Positions 8,971 to 17,905 are shown, numbered from the stretch's first letter. The stretch is 28,914 nt of DNA from an uncultured virus (IMG/VR IMGVR_UViG_3300011209_000023) (IMGVR_UViG_3300011209_000023); one strand, 5' to 3'. Numbers and translations are program-made. The notes: generated by a model not told the origin, from the sequence alone.

Positions 8971-9318
8971 TCAGGCAATGACCGTTATTTCGAGGGTTGC
9001 CCGATGAAGATGGGTTGTCGTGTCGTAGCCAGGAATTTTTGTCACCTCGACAGGTGAAAGAACCTGCAGGCGAGCCAGGGCGTCCAGGCGTAACGCTCTG
9101 GCTTCGTCATTCGTTTCAGCCCATACATCAACCTGAATGCGCAGTGTCGACTCTGCCTGGCCGCAGAAAACATCCCCGGCAACATCAGTCGGTATCGAGA
9201 AAATGACATAGGGAGTGGAAACTGCAGGAAGTCCGTCGCTGCCTAGCGGCACCACATACGGATAAACCCGCCCGTCTGCCAGCGTTGACAGCAGGTCATA
9301 GAGATCATCCTCTGTCAT
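8971..9318 (-). CDS. Tail terminator / completion protein (DUF3168-like)
   Basis: RVYP...PYVIF...RIQVDVWA motifs; synteny. Confidence 0.85.
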   Translation of the reverse strand: MTEDDLYDLLSTLADGRVYPYVVPLGSDGLPAVSTPYVIFSIPTDVAGDVFCGQAESTLRIQVDVWAETNDEARALRLDALARLQVLSPVEVTKIPGYDTTTHLHRATLEITVIA

Positions 9319-9764
9319 TTTGATAACACCTCATCGATAGCCTGATTCATCCGCTGCATCGCCACCTGCGTAGCTTCTTCCATGCGGGTATCAAAAGCTG
9401 GGCGAACAAACGGATGTGCAGGCGCTGTAGATGTTCCCAACTCCACGAAGCGCCAGTAAAACGCATTCCGCTTGTTGCTGGCCTTCATTGTATTGTCGCT
9501 GTTCCCCGTTCGCGGGTTAACGCCACGAATATGCACCCCAGATGAAATTTCACCGCGACGGCGACTTTTCTGGGTGACGACAACAACGTTTTTCTTCAGT
9601 TTTCCGGATTTCTCAGGAGCGCGATCAATCACCTCCTCGCGGAGCAATTCGGCACCAGCACGGGTCGACTCCCGGAGAACTTTATTATTTTCGGCCTTGC
9701 TGAGCGTTTGCAGATCGCGGGCAATATCCTGCAACCCGGAAAAATCCAGATTCACATCAATCAT
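9315..9764 (-). CDS. HK97 gp10-family tail completion protein
   Basis: APEKSGKLKKN and FYWRFVELGTSTAPAHPFVRPAFD motifs. Confidence 0.92.
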   Translation of the reverse strand: MIDVNLDFSGLQDIARDLQTLSKAENNKVLRESTRAGAELLREEVIDRAPEKSGKLKKNVVVVTQKSRRRGEISSGVHIRGVNPRTGNSDNTMKASNKRNAFYWRFVELGTSTAPAHPFVRPAFDTRMEEATQVAMQRMNQAIDEVLSK

Positions 9765-10099
9765 TTTTCGGTCCCCTGTTTGCAGAGAATTTCCAGCCGG
9801 GTACCTTTTATATCCGGAACCGGAGGCCCGGTAACGTTAAGAACTGCGCCTTTAAACGGACCAGTACGGACCTTCAATCGGGATGAGGCTGAAATATCCC
9901 TGCGAAAACGCACCCAGACTCGGATTGTCGCATCGGCATGCTCTGCGCCAGCGGCTAACAGCTCCCGACCGCTTATCCCCTTAACCTCGGCCCAGATGGT
10001 TTTCCCATCTTCCCAATTTTCAACTGGCTGGCCTGAAGGCGTTCTGGTGGTGGTGAAATTTTGGATGGTGACCCGGTGCCGTAATCGTCCTGCCTGCAT
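9761..10099 (-). CDS. Head closure / head-tail adaptor protein
   Basis: MQAGRLRHRVTIQ...WAEVKGISGRE motif. Confidence 0.92.
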   Translation of the reverse strand: MQAGRLRHRVTIQNFTTTRTPSGQPVENWEDGKTIWAEVKGISGRELLAAGAEHADATIRVWVRFRRDISASSRLKVRTGPFKGAVLNVTGPPVPDIKGTRLEILCKQGTEK

Positions 10100-10110
10100 A
10101 ATTCCCCCGC

Positions 10111-10437
10111 TTAAATACCATAAATTTTGTAAGGCTGGAGAAGTGCCTCGACAGTAAACGGAATATCTGTAGCAGCCTGACCGACAGAGACCGTTTCACG
10201 GTTTTCGTACCAGTGACCGATAAGCAGAAGCATCGCTGCTTTCACATCATCGCCAGGGAGAATTGAATCAGGATCATCTGCATACCCCTCGCTGGTTTCG
10301 GACTCATACATTTTGCGACGAGTCCATGTTTCGACGTAACGAGAAGCAGCTCCGATGTAGAGGGTCAATATTGAGTCGTCATCGGTAAAATCAGGCTCAA
10401 TGCGACAGTGCTCTTTAACCACTTCAAGTTTTAACAT
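10111..10437 (-). CDS. Head-tail connector (HK97 gp6-like)
   Basis: VKEHCRIE...AMLLLIGHWYENRE...ALLQPYK motifs. Confidence 0.93.
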   Translation of the reverse strand: MLKLEVVKEHCRIEPDFTDDDSILTLYIGAASRYVETWTRRKMYESETSEGYADDPDSILPGDDVKAAMLLLIGHWYENRETVSVGQAATDIPFTVEALLQPYKIYGI

Positions 10438-10670
10438 TATTTTTTAGCCTTCTTCTCTGGCACGGTTTCCGGCTGTTCCGGCTGTTCCGGCTGTTCCGGC
10501 TGTTCCGGCTGTTCCGGCTGTTCCGGCTGCGCAGAATTATCAACATCGACCAGCCGTGCATAGCCCTTTTTGACCAGTTCGCGACCGTGCTGCTCCTGCG
10601 TCTCCAGTAACTCCCCCTCAGACACAACTACACCGCCGAAGTAAATTGGTTTAACCGCGATAAGCTTCAT
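10437..10670 (-). CDS. Small capsid-adjacent hypothetical protein with a (QPE)7 tract
   Basis: GAGGGA RBS, TAATG coupling to the connector gene, basic C-terminus. Confidence 0.8.
   Translation of the reverse strand: MKLIAVKPIYFGGVVVSEGELLETQEQHGRELVKKGYARLVDVDNSAQPEQPEQPEQPEQPEQPEQPETVPEKKAKK
10467..10529. repeat. Perfect tandem repeat (TTCCGGCTG)x7
   Basis: Counted directly, 63 bp, in-frame (QPE)7. Confidence 0.97.
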
Positions 10671-10712
10671 GGTATTCCCTCAAATATTGCGGCCCGAAGG
10701 CCGCACAAGATA

Positions 10713-11930
10713 TTACTGACCGCCAGACGCCGGAACAGTGAATGAGCCATAAACAAAGGCTTCAGGACGTTTAACGGCCAGCGCCAGGCGCTCTTCGCAA
10801 CGGATTGTGATCATGTTTTTCTCGAAGTCGTCGGCGTTCTCAGTAGAGATGACAACGTTCGTTTCTTCACGGTCAAAAATCTGCGCACCGGCACTAAATG
10901 CCCCGGTCAGGAATTTACCCTGGAATGCCGTAGCTTCTGTCGCAACGACCGGAAGGCCCCAAAGAGTCGGCCCCGTCAGAGCTGCAGGGTTTGCCAGGAT
11001 GTAGCGGCCCAGCGTGTCTTTGGTCAACTCAATTTTCGCCCAGTCAATGAAGTGCAGGACGTGTCCGGATGCCGGGAAGCGGGCAAGCTGAGCCTGCAAC
11101 ATCGCGAGACGCAGATCGTCAATACCGTTCTGATTCTCAACCTGAAACGCTGCCGCAAATGCTGAAGCCTGCGGAATGATGCCTTCCAGATGAGCGCCAG
11201 TACCATCGCCGAACAGAATTTCCTGCTCTTCGACATACTTCAGGCCGAAGCGCATTTCAGCATCGACCTGAGACTGCAGTTGCGAAAAGTCATCGAGGAT
11301 CTGTTTGGATGCCTTGAAAAGATGCGCAATGGTTCGAACTGGCGTGATTTTTTCTGCAAACTCAATATTGCTGTACGGTTTGGTCGTATTTTCTGCGACC
11401 GCCGCTGCGTTATTGGTAAAGCCAGTTTGCTGCACCCAGTAAATGGTGTTTGATGCCGTTGTACCTGGCGCGATCAGATCGCGGATAAACAGACGCTGCT
11501 TAGGCGCGGTATCAATGCCCGGCAGGCGGTCAGGAGCAACAATATTGCCGGGGACATTGGCGGTGAGTAGCGCTGCCTTCACCGGAATTGAAATCCGCTG
11601 GCTGGCCGCGACGCTGGCAGCAAAGGTTTTCAGCGCTTCAGCAGAAATAACCTGCTGACCTACAGATTCCACAACTTGCTTTGCATTTGCCAGCGGCATC
11701 TGCGCAACATGCTGCTCCAGTTCACCCAGCGCGGCTTTAAGAGTTTTTTCGGCTTCTTTCAGTGCGTTGAGCTCAGATGCCATTTTATCCACGGTATCTT
11801 TGGTTTCCGCCGACAATTTGCCGTTCTTCTTAGCCTCAGTCAGTGCCTCTTCCGCTTTGGCGTTAAATTTTCCAGTTGCTTCTTCAATGGAGGCGGTGAC
11901 TTTTTTCAGAATCTCGTTTACATCAGACAT
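10713..11930 (-). CDS. Major capsid protein, HK97 fold
   Basis: N-terminal coiled-coil delta domain; RLFIRDLI, ASKQILDD, TLWGLPVV and IRCEERLALAVKRPEAF motifs. Confidence 0.96.
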   Translation of the reverse strand: MSDVNEILKKVTASIEEATGKFNAKAEEALTEAKKNGKLSAETKDTVDKMASELNALKEAEKTLKAALGELEQHVAQMPLANAKQVVESVGQQVISAEALKTFAASVAASQRISIPVKAALLTANVPGNIVAPDRLPGIDTAPKQRLFIRDLIAPGTTASNTIYWVQQTGFTNNAAAVAENTTKPYSNIEFAEKITPVRTIAHLFKASKQILDDFSQLQSQVDAEMRFGLKYVEEQEILFGDGTGAHLEGIIPQASAFAAAFQVENQNGIDDLRLAMLQAQLARFPASGHVLHFIDWAKIELTKDTLGRYILANPAALTGPTLWGLPVVATEATAFQGKFLTGAFSAGAQIFDREETNVVISTENADDFEKNMITIRCEERLALAVKRPEAFVYGSFTVPASGGQ

Positions 11931-11939
11931 AAATGGTCC

Positions 11940-12794
11940 TTATTTGACTAACGCCGCAAGAGCGCTTTCAAGTGAATTGAGGGTTTCAGATTTGATTTCT
12001 TCGGTAGCGCCCGGCTTACCATCGGGATCGGTAACAGCGCCCGGCGTGTTACCTGTTAATGCTTTGATTAATTTCCGGCGCTCGGACCGGGGGGTATTTG
12101 TTTTCGCCAGCAGTGCATCAAGTTTGCGAAGCGCAGCTGCAGGTGATTCGTCGCCGTCGCTGACCGCATCAGCTGAAAGCAAACTGTCTGCCAGTCCCTT
12201 CGCCACAGCATCGCTGCCACCGATATAACTTTCGGTATCCATTAGTTTCTGAACGGCGGCAATATCAAGGCCGGATCGCGCCGCATAAATATCAGCCATT
12301 GCGGTATCGAATGGCTCCAGTGACTGCGCCAGTTCAGCGAAGTCATGGCGGTTTCCCATCGCGTACACCCAGCAATTGTGGATCATCAGAAAGGCACCGC
12401 GGCCAATCTGAATATCATCCCCGGCCATCGCAATTATTGAGGCGGCACTGGCGGCAATGCCCAGCACCTTCACCGTTACACGGCCTTCGTATTCGCGGAG
12501 GAGGTTATAAATAGCCAGCCCTTCGAACATGTCGCCGCCCGGCGAGTTGATGTTTACCGTCACATCTGCACCGTTCATTGAACGTAGTGCGCCGGAGATG
12601 CGTTTTGCCGTGACCCCCTCATCCCAGTAATCACGTCCAACAACATCAAAAATAGAAATAGAGTTGTCATTATCGGATGCAGCCCTGATCCCACCATTCC
12701 AGCGCTCAAGCGCTGAGGGCTGGGGCTCACTGGTAACACCCGCGCACGGGCGCCCCGCCGGAGCAACCGGAAGTTGTCTAATTGTCATGGGCAT
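11940..12794 (-). CDS. ClpP-like prohead maturation protease
   Basis: INSPGGD, GIAASAAS and LMIHN ClpP-family motifs; between portal and capsid genes. Confidence 0.93.
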   Translation of the reverse strand: MPMTIRQLPVAPAGRPCAGVTSEPQPSALERWNGGIRAASDNDNSISIFDVVGRDYWDEGVTAKRISGALRSMNGADVTVNINSPGGDMFEGLAIYNLLREYEGRVTVKVLGIAASAASIIAMAGDDIQIGRGAFLMIHNCWVYAMGNRHDFAELAQSLEPFDTAMADIYAARSGLDIAAVQKLMDTESYIGGSDAVAKGLADSLLSADAVSDGDESPAAALRKLDALLAKTNTPRSERRKLIKALTGNTPGAVTDPDGKPGATEEIKSETLNSLESALAALVK

Positions 12795-12824
12795 TGGCTC
12801 CTAAGCAGCCTGTTTAAGTGGCGA

Positions 12825-14108
12825 TTACTCGAAAGGAATATCAGGGAATACGTGGTTATGAAGTTCTCTTACAGCCAGCGCCTGAACCGCCGGGTTGCTG
12901 TTTTCAAGATTCTTCAACTGAGTCAGGTTGAGCTGAACTGTATAAATATCCCCGCCTTCAATTGGTGGCATATTTTCCAGCCTTCGCACATCGTTGCGCG
13001 ACATCCAGCCATTCTGCAGGGCGCTGGTATAGTACGCCGCACGTCCTGCGCTATCGGCTCGCAGAAGCCCCTCAACAGAGAACTCAGCAAACAAATCCTC
13101 ATCACTGTTCAGAAGACAACGCGAGATTTCCTGCTCAATATTGACCAGTAGGGGGCGCAGAGTATGGGTCAGGAACAGCATGTTCATCCCCTCAAGACTC
13201 GAAGCCCAACTTGATTGTTTTGTCGTATGGCCGACCATAAATGGCGGTACGCGAAACCAGCGACAAATTTCCTCAATACTGAATGAACGGCTTTCAAGGA
13301 GCTGAGCGGCCTCCGGGTTCATAGTGACATTCTGGTAAGTCAGTTCATTTTCCAGAACCATCAGTTTCCCGGCATTTTTAGAACCAATAAAGTTCTGGAG
13401 GGCCTTGCGAAGCCTTTCTCGCTGCCCTTCGTTTAGCGCAGTTTTCGAAGAAAGAAAGCCAGTACTTTGCAGGCCATTCTCGAATATTTTCGCGGCTGCT
13501 TCATCTACCGCCATAGCCGCGCCGAAAACGTCAACCCCGGCCATTGTAGGCATCATCCCGCACACACCATCAAGACCAAACCCACGAATGTGCATCATCC
13601 TGTCTAAAGGAATGATCCGCGGAACGCCATTTTCCGTGTAGGTGTACTGTAATTTTCCACTATCGAGTCGCTTTACAACCATTTTCTGAGGAAGAAGCGG
13701 AACCATTGATACCAGCTTGTTACCAATGAAAAACTTTTCGACAAAAGCATTACCACGCAGACAAATGCTGGCCACAATCATCAGCATGAAACGGGAAGGT
13801 GTCATTTCCGGGTTAGGGCGCCTGCATAATATCTGGTATGCAAGATTATTCTGAGCCAGTTTTCTAGATCCATCTGACTGTCTCTCGTAAATTTTTAGCG
13901 GAAGCGTGGATACCGACTCACTCAAGAGCCTCACGCACGCCCAGACGGTAGAAAGCCTGATAATTTTGTCAGCGGTGACAACTTTTCCGCTACTGCTGGT
14001 CCCGAACCACTCCTGCCAGAATTCACCGGTAGTCAGGCCAATGGGAACACCAAGCCAGTTTAAAAGGGCGCTCTTAACGCGCCCTGGTTGCTGTTTATTC
14101 TTAGCCAT
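12825..14108 (-). CDS. Portal protein, HK97 family
   Basis: VWACVRLLSESVSTLP, EEICRWFRVPP and GWMSRNDVRRLENMPP motifs. Confidence 0.96.
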   Translation of the reverse strand: MAKNKQQPGRVKSALLNWLGVPIGLTTGEFWQEWFGTSSSGKVVTADKIIRLSTVWACVRLLSESVSTLPLKIYERQSDGSRKLAQNNLAYQILCRRPNPEMTPSRFMLMIVASICLRGNAFVEKFFIGNKLVSMVPLLPQKMVVKRLDSGKLQYTYTENGVPRIIPLDRMMHIRGFGLDGVCGMMPTMAGVDVFGAAMAVDEAAAKIFENGLQSTGFLSSKTALNEGQRERLRKALQNFIGSKNAGKLMVLENELTYQNVTMNPEAAQLLESRSFSIEEICRWFRVPPFMVGHTTKQSSWASSLEGMNMLFLTHTLRPLLVNIEQEISRCLLNSDEDLFAEFSVEGLLRADSAGRAAYYTSALQNGWMSRNDVRRLENMPPIEGGDIYTVQLNLTQLKNLENSNPAVQALAVRELHNHVFPDIPFE

Positions 14109-15850
14109 CAGATACCCACTATGATCGGATCGTCAAAAAAGCCCTCAATATCACCATCATCAGGCTCGTAACCTTCCGCAGCACCAATTGCCATCGCCGA
14201 CGCAACCACACCATCTATTCGACCAGTACTCTTTTTCTTGGCGAATATGCGGTTTTCTTTTTGGTCGGCTTCGGTTACGGCGGAAGCAGCGTTCCATCGG
14301 AGGCAGGGGTTAGTTTTAATAATGATTACGCCATCATCCAGCATCTGTTCAAAGAGTTCGATGGAATGAGGCATCCACAGTCCTGAATCCTGCGCCTTGT
14401 AGTATCCCTGCCCGTGAGGAATAAGCGGTACTGATACAGAAGCGTTTTCCAGTTCCGGTTCAAGATATTTGATGCGGTACTGGTCGAAGGCGATCGCCTT
14501 GATATCGAACAACATGGAAAGATCAGCAATGCGCTCGGCAACAAAGCCATATTTCACCGCCTTTCCGGGAGTGGTATGAATATGGCCTCCCCGTTCCCAT
14601 GCGTCATAAGGTACGCGGTCTGTTTTCGCTCTATCCAGCAAAGTATCTTTTGGTGTCCAGAACTCCACCAGCAGCTTTCTTTTTTTAGGGAAAAAGAGCG
14701 CCAGAGACGTAAGGTCTCGAGTTCCTGAAAGGTCCAGGCCGCCATAACATTCTTCTCCCTGCAACTCCTGCAGGTCAAAGTCCTCTTCGCACCCCATCCA
14801 CACATCGCTACTCATCCAGGGGTTATCGGCATCCACCCACTGACAGAAGTTTAACCGCCGAACAATGCTTTCCTTCGACGGCATCCCCCGGGCCTGAGTA
14901 ACCTGCTCACGCAGGTAGCGATCGGTAAAAGTATGACCAAGAGAGGGGTTTGCTTTTTTCCAGCAGGACTCGTCCTTGAATGGGTCTTCTCCTTCGTCCA
15001 GGGAGCAAATGAAAGAAAAGAAACTGTCGTCCTCAATCGAGCCTTCGGCAACTTTCCGCCCATACTCGTGATAGTCGTAGCAGACGCTGGTTTTGTCGTG
15101 GCCGCTGTTAGTGATCATAAAAATCAACGCCTGGCGACGACCTTTCGTCCCGGCGCGCATCATTTCCACAACCTGGTTGTTTTTGTGCTCGTGAATTTCG
15201 TCAATCAGAGCACAGTGTGGGCGTGGCCCTGACTGCCCATCATCCGAACTTATAGGCCGGAAAAATGAGCCGGTCTGAAGAAACGCAAGGTTCCACTCTT
15301 TCCCGGCGCCGCCTGATTTATTTATTCGCTGTGCTAACGCAGGGGACTGATCCACCATCGCGACAGCATCACGAAAAAGGATCATGGCCTGGTCTTTTTT
15401 CGTCGCCGCTGCGTAGACTTCTGCGCGAGGTTCTTTATCGGCAACCAGACAGTAAAGAGCAATGCCCGCTGCAAGCGGGGATTTGCCAGAGCCTTTGCCT
15501 GACTCGACGTAAGCCATGCGGTACCGGCGATAGTCGTCTGAGTTTTTCCAGCCGAATATCGAACCTACAATAAAGCACTGCCACGGCAGCAGGTTGAAGG
15601 GTTTACCTTCATGCTCACCGCCGTTGAGCTTCAGTACTTTGGCAAAAAAGTCGATAGCACGCTGCGCCGCTGCAACATCCCATACCAACCCGCGAGCATG
15701 GCAGGATTCCAAATCTTTGAGATGTCGTTTACAGGAGTTTCTGATATCAGGCCCGGCGATTTCTTTTCCGGAGTCTACATCCCGTGCATATTGCGTGGCG
15801 GGATCAACCGAAGAACTGGTTGAGCGGGTCTTCTTCTTTTTCTCCACCAT
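14108..15850 (-). CDS. terL: Terminase large subunit
   Basis: Walker A GKGSGKS, Walker B ALIDEIHEH, nuclease GGLDLS and RIDGVVA motifs; the 5' end overlaps terS by 47 bp, so the exact start is uncertain. Confidence 0.95.
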   Translation of the reverse strand: MVEKKKKTRSTSSSVDPATQYARDVDSGKEIAGPDIRNSCKRHLKDLESCHARGLVWDVAAAQRAIDFFAKVLKLNGGEHEGKPFNLLPWQCFIVGSIFGWKNSDDYRRYRMAYVESGKGSGKSPLAAGIALYCLVADKEPRAEVYAAATKKDQAMILFRDAVAMVDQSPALAQRINKSGGAGKEWNLAFLQTGSFFRPISSDDGQSGPRPHCALIDEIHEHKNNQVVEMMRAGTKGRRQALIFMITNSGHDKTSVCYDYHEYGRKVAEGSIEDDSFFSFICSLDEGEDPFKDESCWKKANPSLGHTFTDRYLREQVTQARGMPSKESIVRRLNFCQWVDADNPWMSSDVWMGCEEDFDLQELQGEECYGGLDLSGTRDLTSLALFFPKKRKLLVEFWTPKDTLLDRAKTDRVPYDAWERGGHIHTTPGKAVKYGFVAERIADLSMLFDIKAIAFDQYRIKYLEPELENASVSVPLIPHGQGYYKAQDSGLWMPHSIELFEQMLDDGVIIIKTNPCLRWNAASAVTEADQKENRIFAKKKSTGRIDGVVASAMAIGAAEGYEPDDGDIEGFFDDPIIVGI

Positions 15851-16268
15851 CTACTTTCACCTTCGTCCTGGCTGCAGGTGTAAGACCGAATTCAACCAGA
15901 TAACTTTTGAAACGGCGATCAGCGTCGGCCAGCATGGCTACAGCCGGATTTGCCTTAATCAAAAAGCCGCCATCGGTCTGCACCGTATATGTTCGGCCCT
16001 CATCGGCGATAGTGAGGCGCAGCTGCAAAATGTCGGCATAAATATCGCAAAGACGCTCCAGCGCCAGCGTATCTGCAACGGTCAGAATCCCCATTCCGTC
16101 GAGTAGCATGGTGAGTTTTCCCCAGGCTACTTTTCCCCAGTCAGTGAGGTGCTCTGGAGGGCTTGGGATTTCTCGCGCTGGCGATGGTTCTTTGTCGTTA
16201 AGTTTGCGTTTGCCCGGGTTGCCGGTAACCACTTTGAGGTGGGTCGGTTTCGGGCGTCGTCCTGCCAT
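15804..16268 (-). CDS. terS: Terminase small subunit, P27 family
   Basis: MAGRRPKPTHLKVVTGNPGKR N-terminus; EFGLTPAAR C-terminal motif; GGAGG RBS. Confidence 0.95.
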   Translation of the reverse strand: MAGRRPKPTHLKVVTGNPGKRKLNDKEPSPAREIPSPPEHLTDWGKVAWGKLTMLLDGMGILTVADTLALERLCDIYADILQLRLTIADEGRTYTVQTDGGFLIKANPAVAMLADADRRFKSYLVEFGLTPAARTKVKVDGGEKEEDPLNQFFG

Positions 16269-16317
16269 CGGAACCTCCCGGAAAAAAACTTTTCATTTCG
16301 CGGTTGTGCACAAAAAG

Positions 16318-16331
16318 GACTGGCGGCGGTC
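16318..16331 (-). other. Putative cos site (3' overhang type)
   Basis: GACCGCCGCCAGTC between HNH and terS resembles the HK97-type CGCCGCC cohesive end (recalled); preceded by a G-rich tract GGGGGAGGGGCGGGTC. Confidence 0.6.
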
Positions 16332-16451
16332 ATTTAGGTTCGAGGTTCTGAACTTTTGACCCGCCCCTCCCCCCTAAGATGAGAATCGATATCATTTGAA
16401 TGCTAATGATTTCAAATGACAATCACATTTGAATTGTATTGATAATGGTTA

Positions 16452-16793
16452 TCACTTAAACCAATGAGAGGTCGGGTCCAGTGGCATCCCGTTTTCATCG
16501 CAGCCAATCAGGGTGCCACGCTTCTCCATTCGCTGCTTCGTTGAGTCGTGGTGCTGCTTGCACAGCCCTTGCCAGTTCTTCCGGCTCCAGAAAAGCTTTT
16601 GCGCCTTCGCTATTTCCTGGCTGTCACCAGAGCGCAGAGCCTCTTTCAGTTTGTGCGGGATGATGTGGTCAACCACCGTTGCCGCTGTCACCCTGCCTTG
16701 CTCCTGGCACATGACGCACAAGGGGTGCGCACGTAGGAAGATAAGACGCTCTCGGTCCCACTTGCTGCCGTAGATACGTGGCTCTTTGTTCAC
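16452..16793 (-). CDS. HNH endonuclease, terminase-associated (HK97 gp74-like)
   Basis: HPLCVMC...VVDHIIPH...NWQGLCKQHHDS motifs; adjacent to cos/terS; AAGGAG RBS. Confidence 0.92.
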   Translation of the reverse strand: MNKEPRIYGSKWDRERLIFLRAHPLCVMCQEQGRVTAATVVDHIIPHKLKEALRSGDSQEIAKAQKLFWSRKNWQGLCKQHHDSTKQRMEKRGTLIGCDENGMPLDPTSHWFK

Positions 16794-16808
16794 GTAATCG
16801 CTCCTTGA

Positions 16809-16847
16809 GCATTATCACAGGCGCTCAGCGAGTGCCTGCTGTAATGC
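16809..16847 (-). repeat. GCATTA...TAATGC stem-loop repeat, copy 1
   Basis: GCATTATCACAGGCGCTC-AGC-GAGTGCCTGCTGTAATGC imperfect inverted repeat. Confidence 0.8.
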
Positions 16848-16848
16848 C

Positions 16849-17094
16849 TTAGCTCGCCTGCTCTGCGCCGCTATCAAACAGCGTCAATGCTTCAGTAGAC
16901 TCCTGAATTGCCTTCATGGCCTTTGCCACGTAGGTGTTCTCAGTTGTGACGCGGTTGTATTGCTGGACGAACATTTGATACTTGAGATCGTCGTCCTGTA
17001 CGAATTGAATGGCTTCTTTCGCTGCGGCTGTGTCATAGCCCAGCATTGCAAGCAAGTTCATTCGAATCTGTTGAGCTGAAGTGATCTCTGCCAT
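16849..17094 (-). CDS. Hypothetical phage protein (DUF2560-like)
   Basis: 81 aa with GAGGT RBS; MAEIT...DTAAAKEAIQFV resembles DUF2560 (recalled); flanked by paired stem-loops. Confidence 0.75.
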   Translation of the reverse strand: MAEITSAQQIRMNLLAMLGYDTAAAKEAIQFVQDDDLKYQMFVQQYNRVTTENTYVAKAMKAIQESTEALTLFDSGAEQAS

Positions 17095-17118
17095 GTGTTA
17101 CCTCTGTGCGATGTGGGA

Positions 17119-17158
17119 GCATTATCGAAGCCACTCGGCAGAATGGCTCCTGTAATGC
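17119..17158 (-). repeat. GCATTA...TAATGC stem-loop repeat, copy 2
   Basis: GCATTATCGAAGCCACTC-GGCA-GAATGGCTCCTGTAATGC. Confidence 0.8.
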
Positions 17159-17225
17159 TTTTGCATTTATCTTTGCTGCGGGTACAAGCTGAACGGTTGC
17201 CTTACGGTTGCCTGTTACGCACAAT

Positions 17226-17255
17226 AAAAAAGGCCGCATATAAAATGCGACCTTT
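17226..17255 (-). terminator. Rho-independent terminator
   Basis: Minus strand AAAGGTCGCAT-TTTAT-ATGCGGCCTTTTTT. Confidence 0.7.
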
Positions 17256-17526
17256 GGTTGGTACCAGTTAGAAAACTAAAATCTCACAGGAGCCACCCGG
17301 GAGAGGCTTTTCTGCTCTTTAACTGACCACTGCGGTTTCGGTGTTGGCTGGCAGTGATAACGTGATGATAGCTTCATTTAAGTTATCGATACCATTTAAA
17401 TATCGAAAGAGCTCATTGAACCAATCATTTTCAACTTGCCGGAACATTCAACCAGAGCAACAGGTATCTGTGCTGGTTTTTGATGGCTATTCCCAGCGCT
17501 CCCGGATGAGGCCGGTAACTAACAAT

Positions 17527-17739
17527 TTATTCGACGGTTCCTTCAGCATTGACCCATAGGTCTAAATTTTTAATGTAGCGCTGGATGGGAACATAAATAA
17601 CCATTCCATCCCCAAAATGAACAGATTTTATAACACACCCTTGTGGGGGAAAAAATTCCCCATCAGCCGGAGGCCAGGTCGAGCGCTCATTGCCGTAACG
17701 ATAACCGCATGGAAGTCGTGGTAGTGAGTTTACTGTCAT
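17527..17739 (-). CDS. Small hypothetical protein (possible moron)
   Basis: 70-aa ORF in an AT-rich gap after the spanins, same orientation as late genes; weak RBS. Confidence 0.4.
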   Translation of the reverse strand: MTVNSLPRLPCGYRYGNERSTWPPADGEFFPPQGCVIKSVHFGDGMVIYVPIQRYIKNLDLWVNAEGTVE

Positions 17740-17905
17740 GAGTGGCTACTTAGTTAAGAGTGGTTTGAGAGCCTATAGTGCATGACCACCACTGGATTAG
17801 ATACAAACATTTCATTGCTGACTGTTTGAATGCCACGTTTTCAAAACTTTTATTGAGGTGAGCGATTGAATATTAAGCATTAAATATGCCGGGCTTTATG
17901 TTTAC

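Noticed and set aside
10467..10529. Repeat array as possible CRISPR
   Set aside because: Contiguous 9-bp units with no spacers, in frame within a CDS; no cas genes in the window
735..16773. Numerous plus-strand ORFs of 60-170 aa across the tail and head modules
   Set aside because: They are antisense shadows of well-supported minus-strand structural genes and show no recognisable motifs
16452..16793. HNH as mobile homing endonuclease or defence nuclease
   Set aside because: Size and position next to cos and terS fit the ordinary terminase-accessory HNH of HK97-like phages
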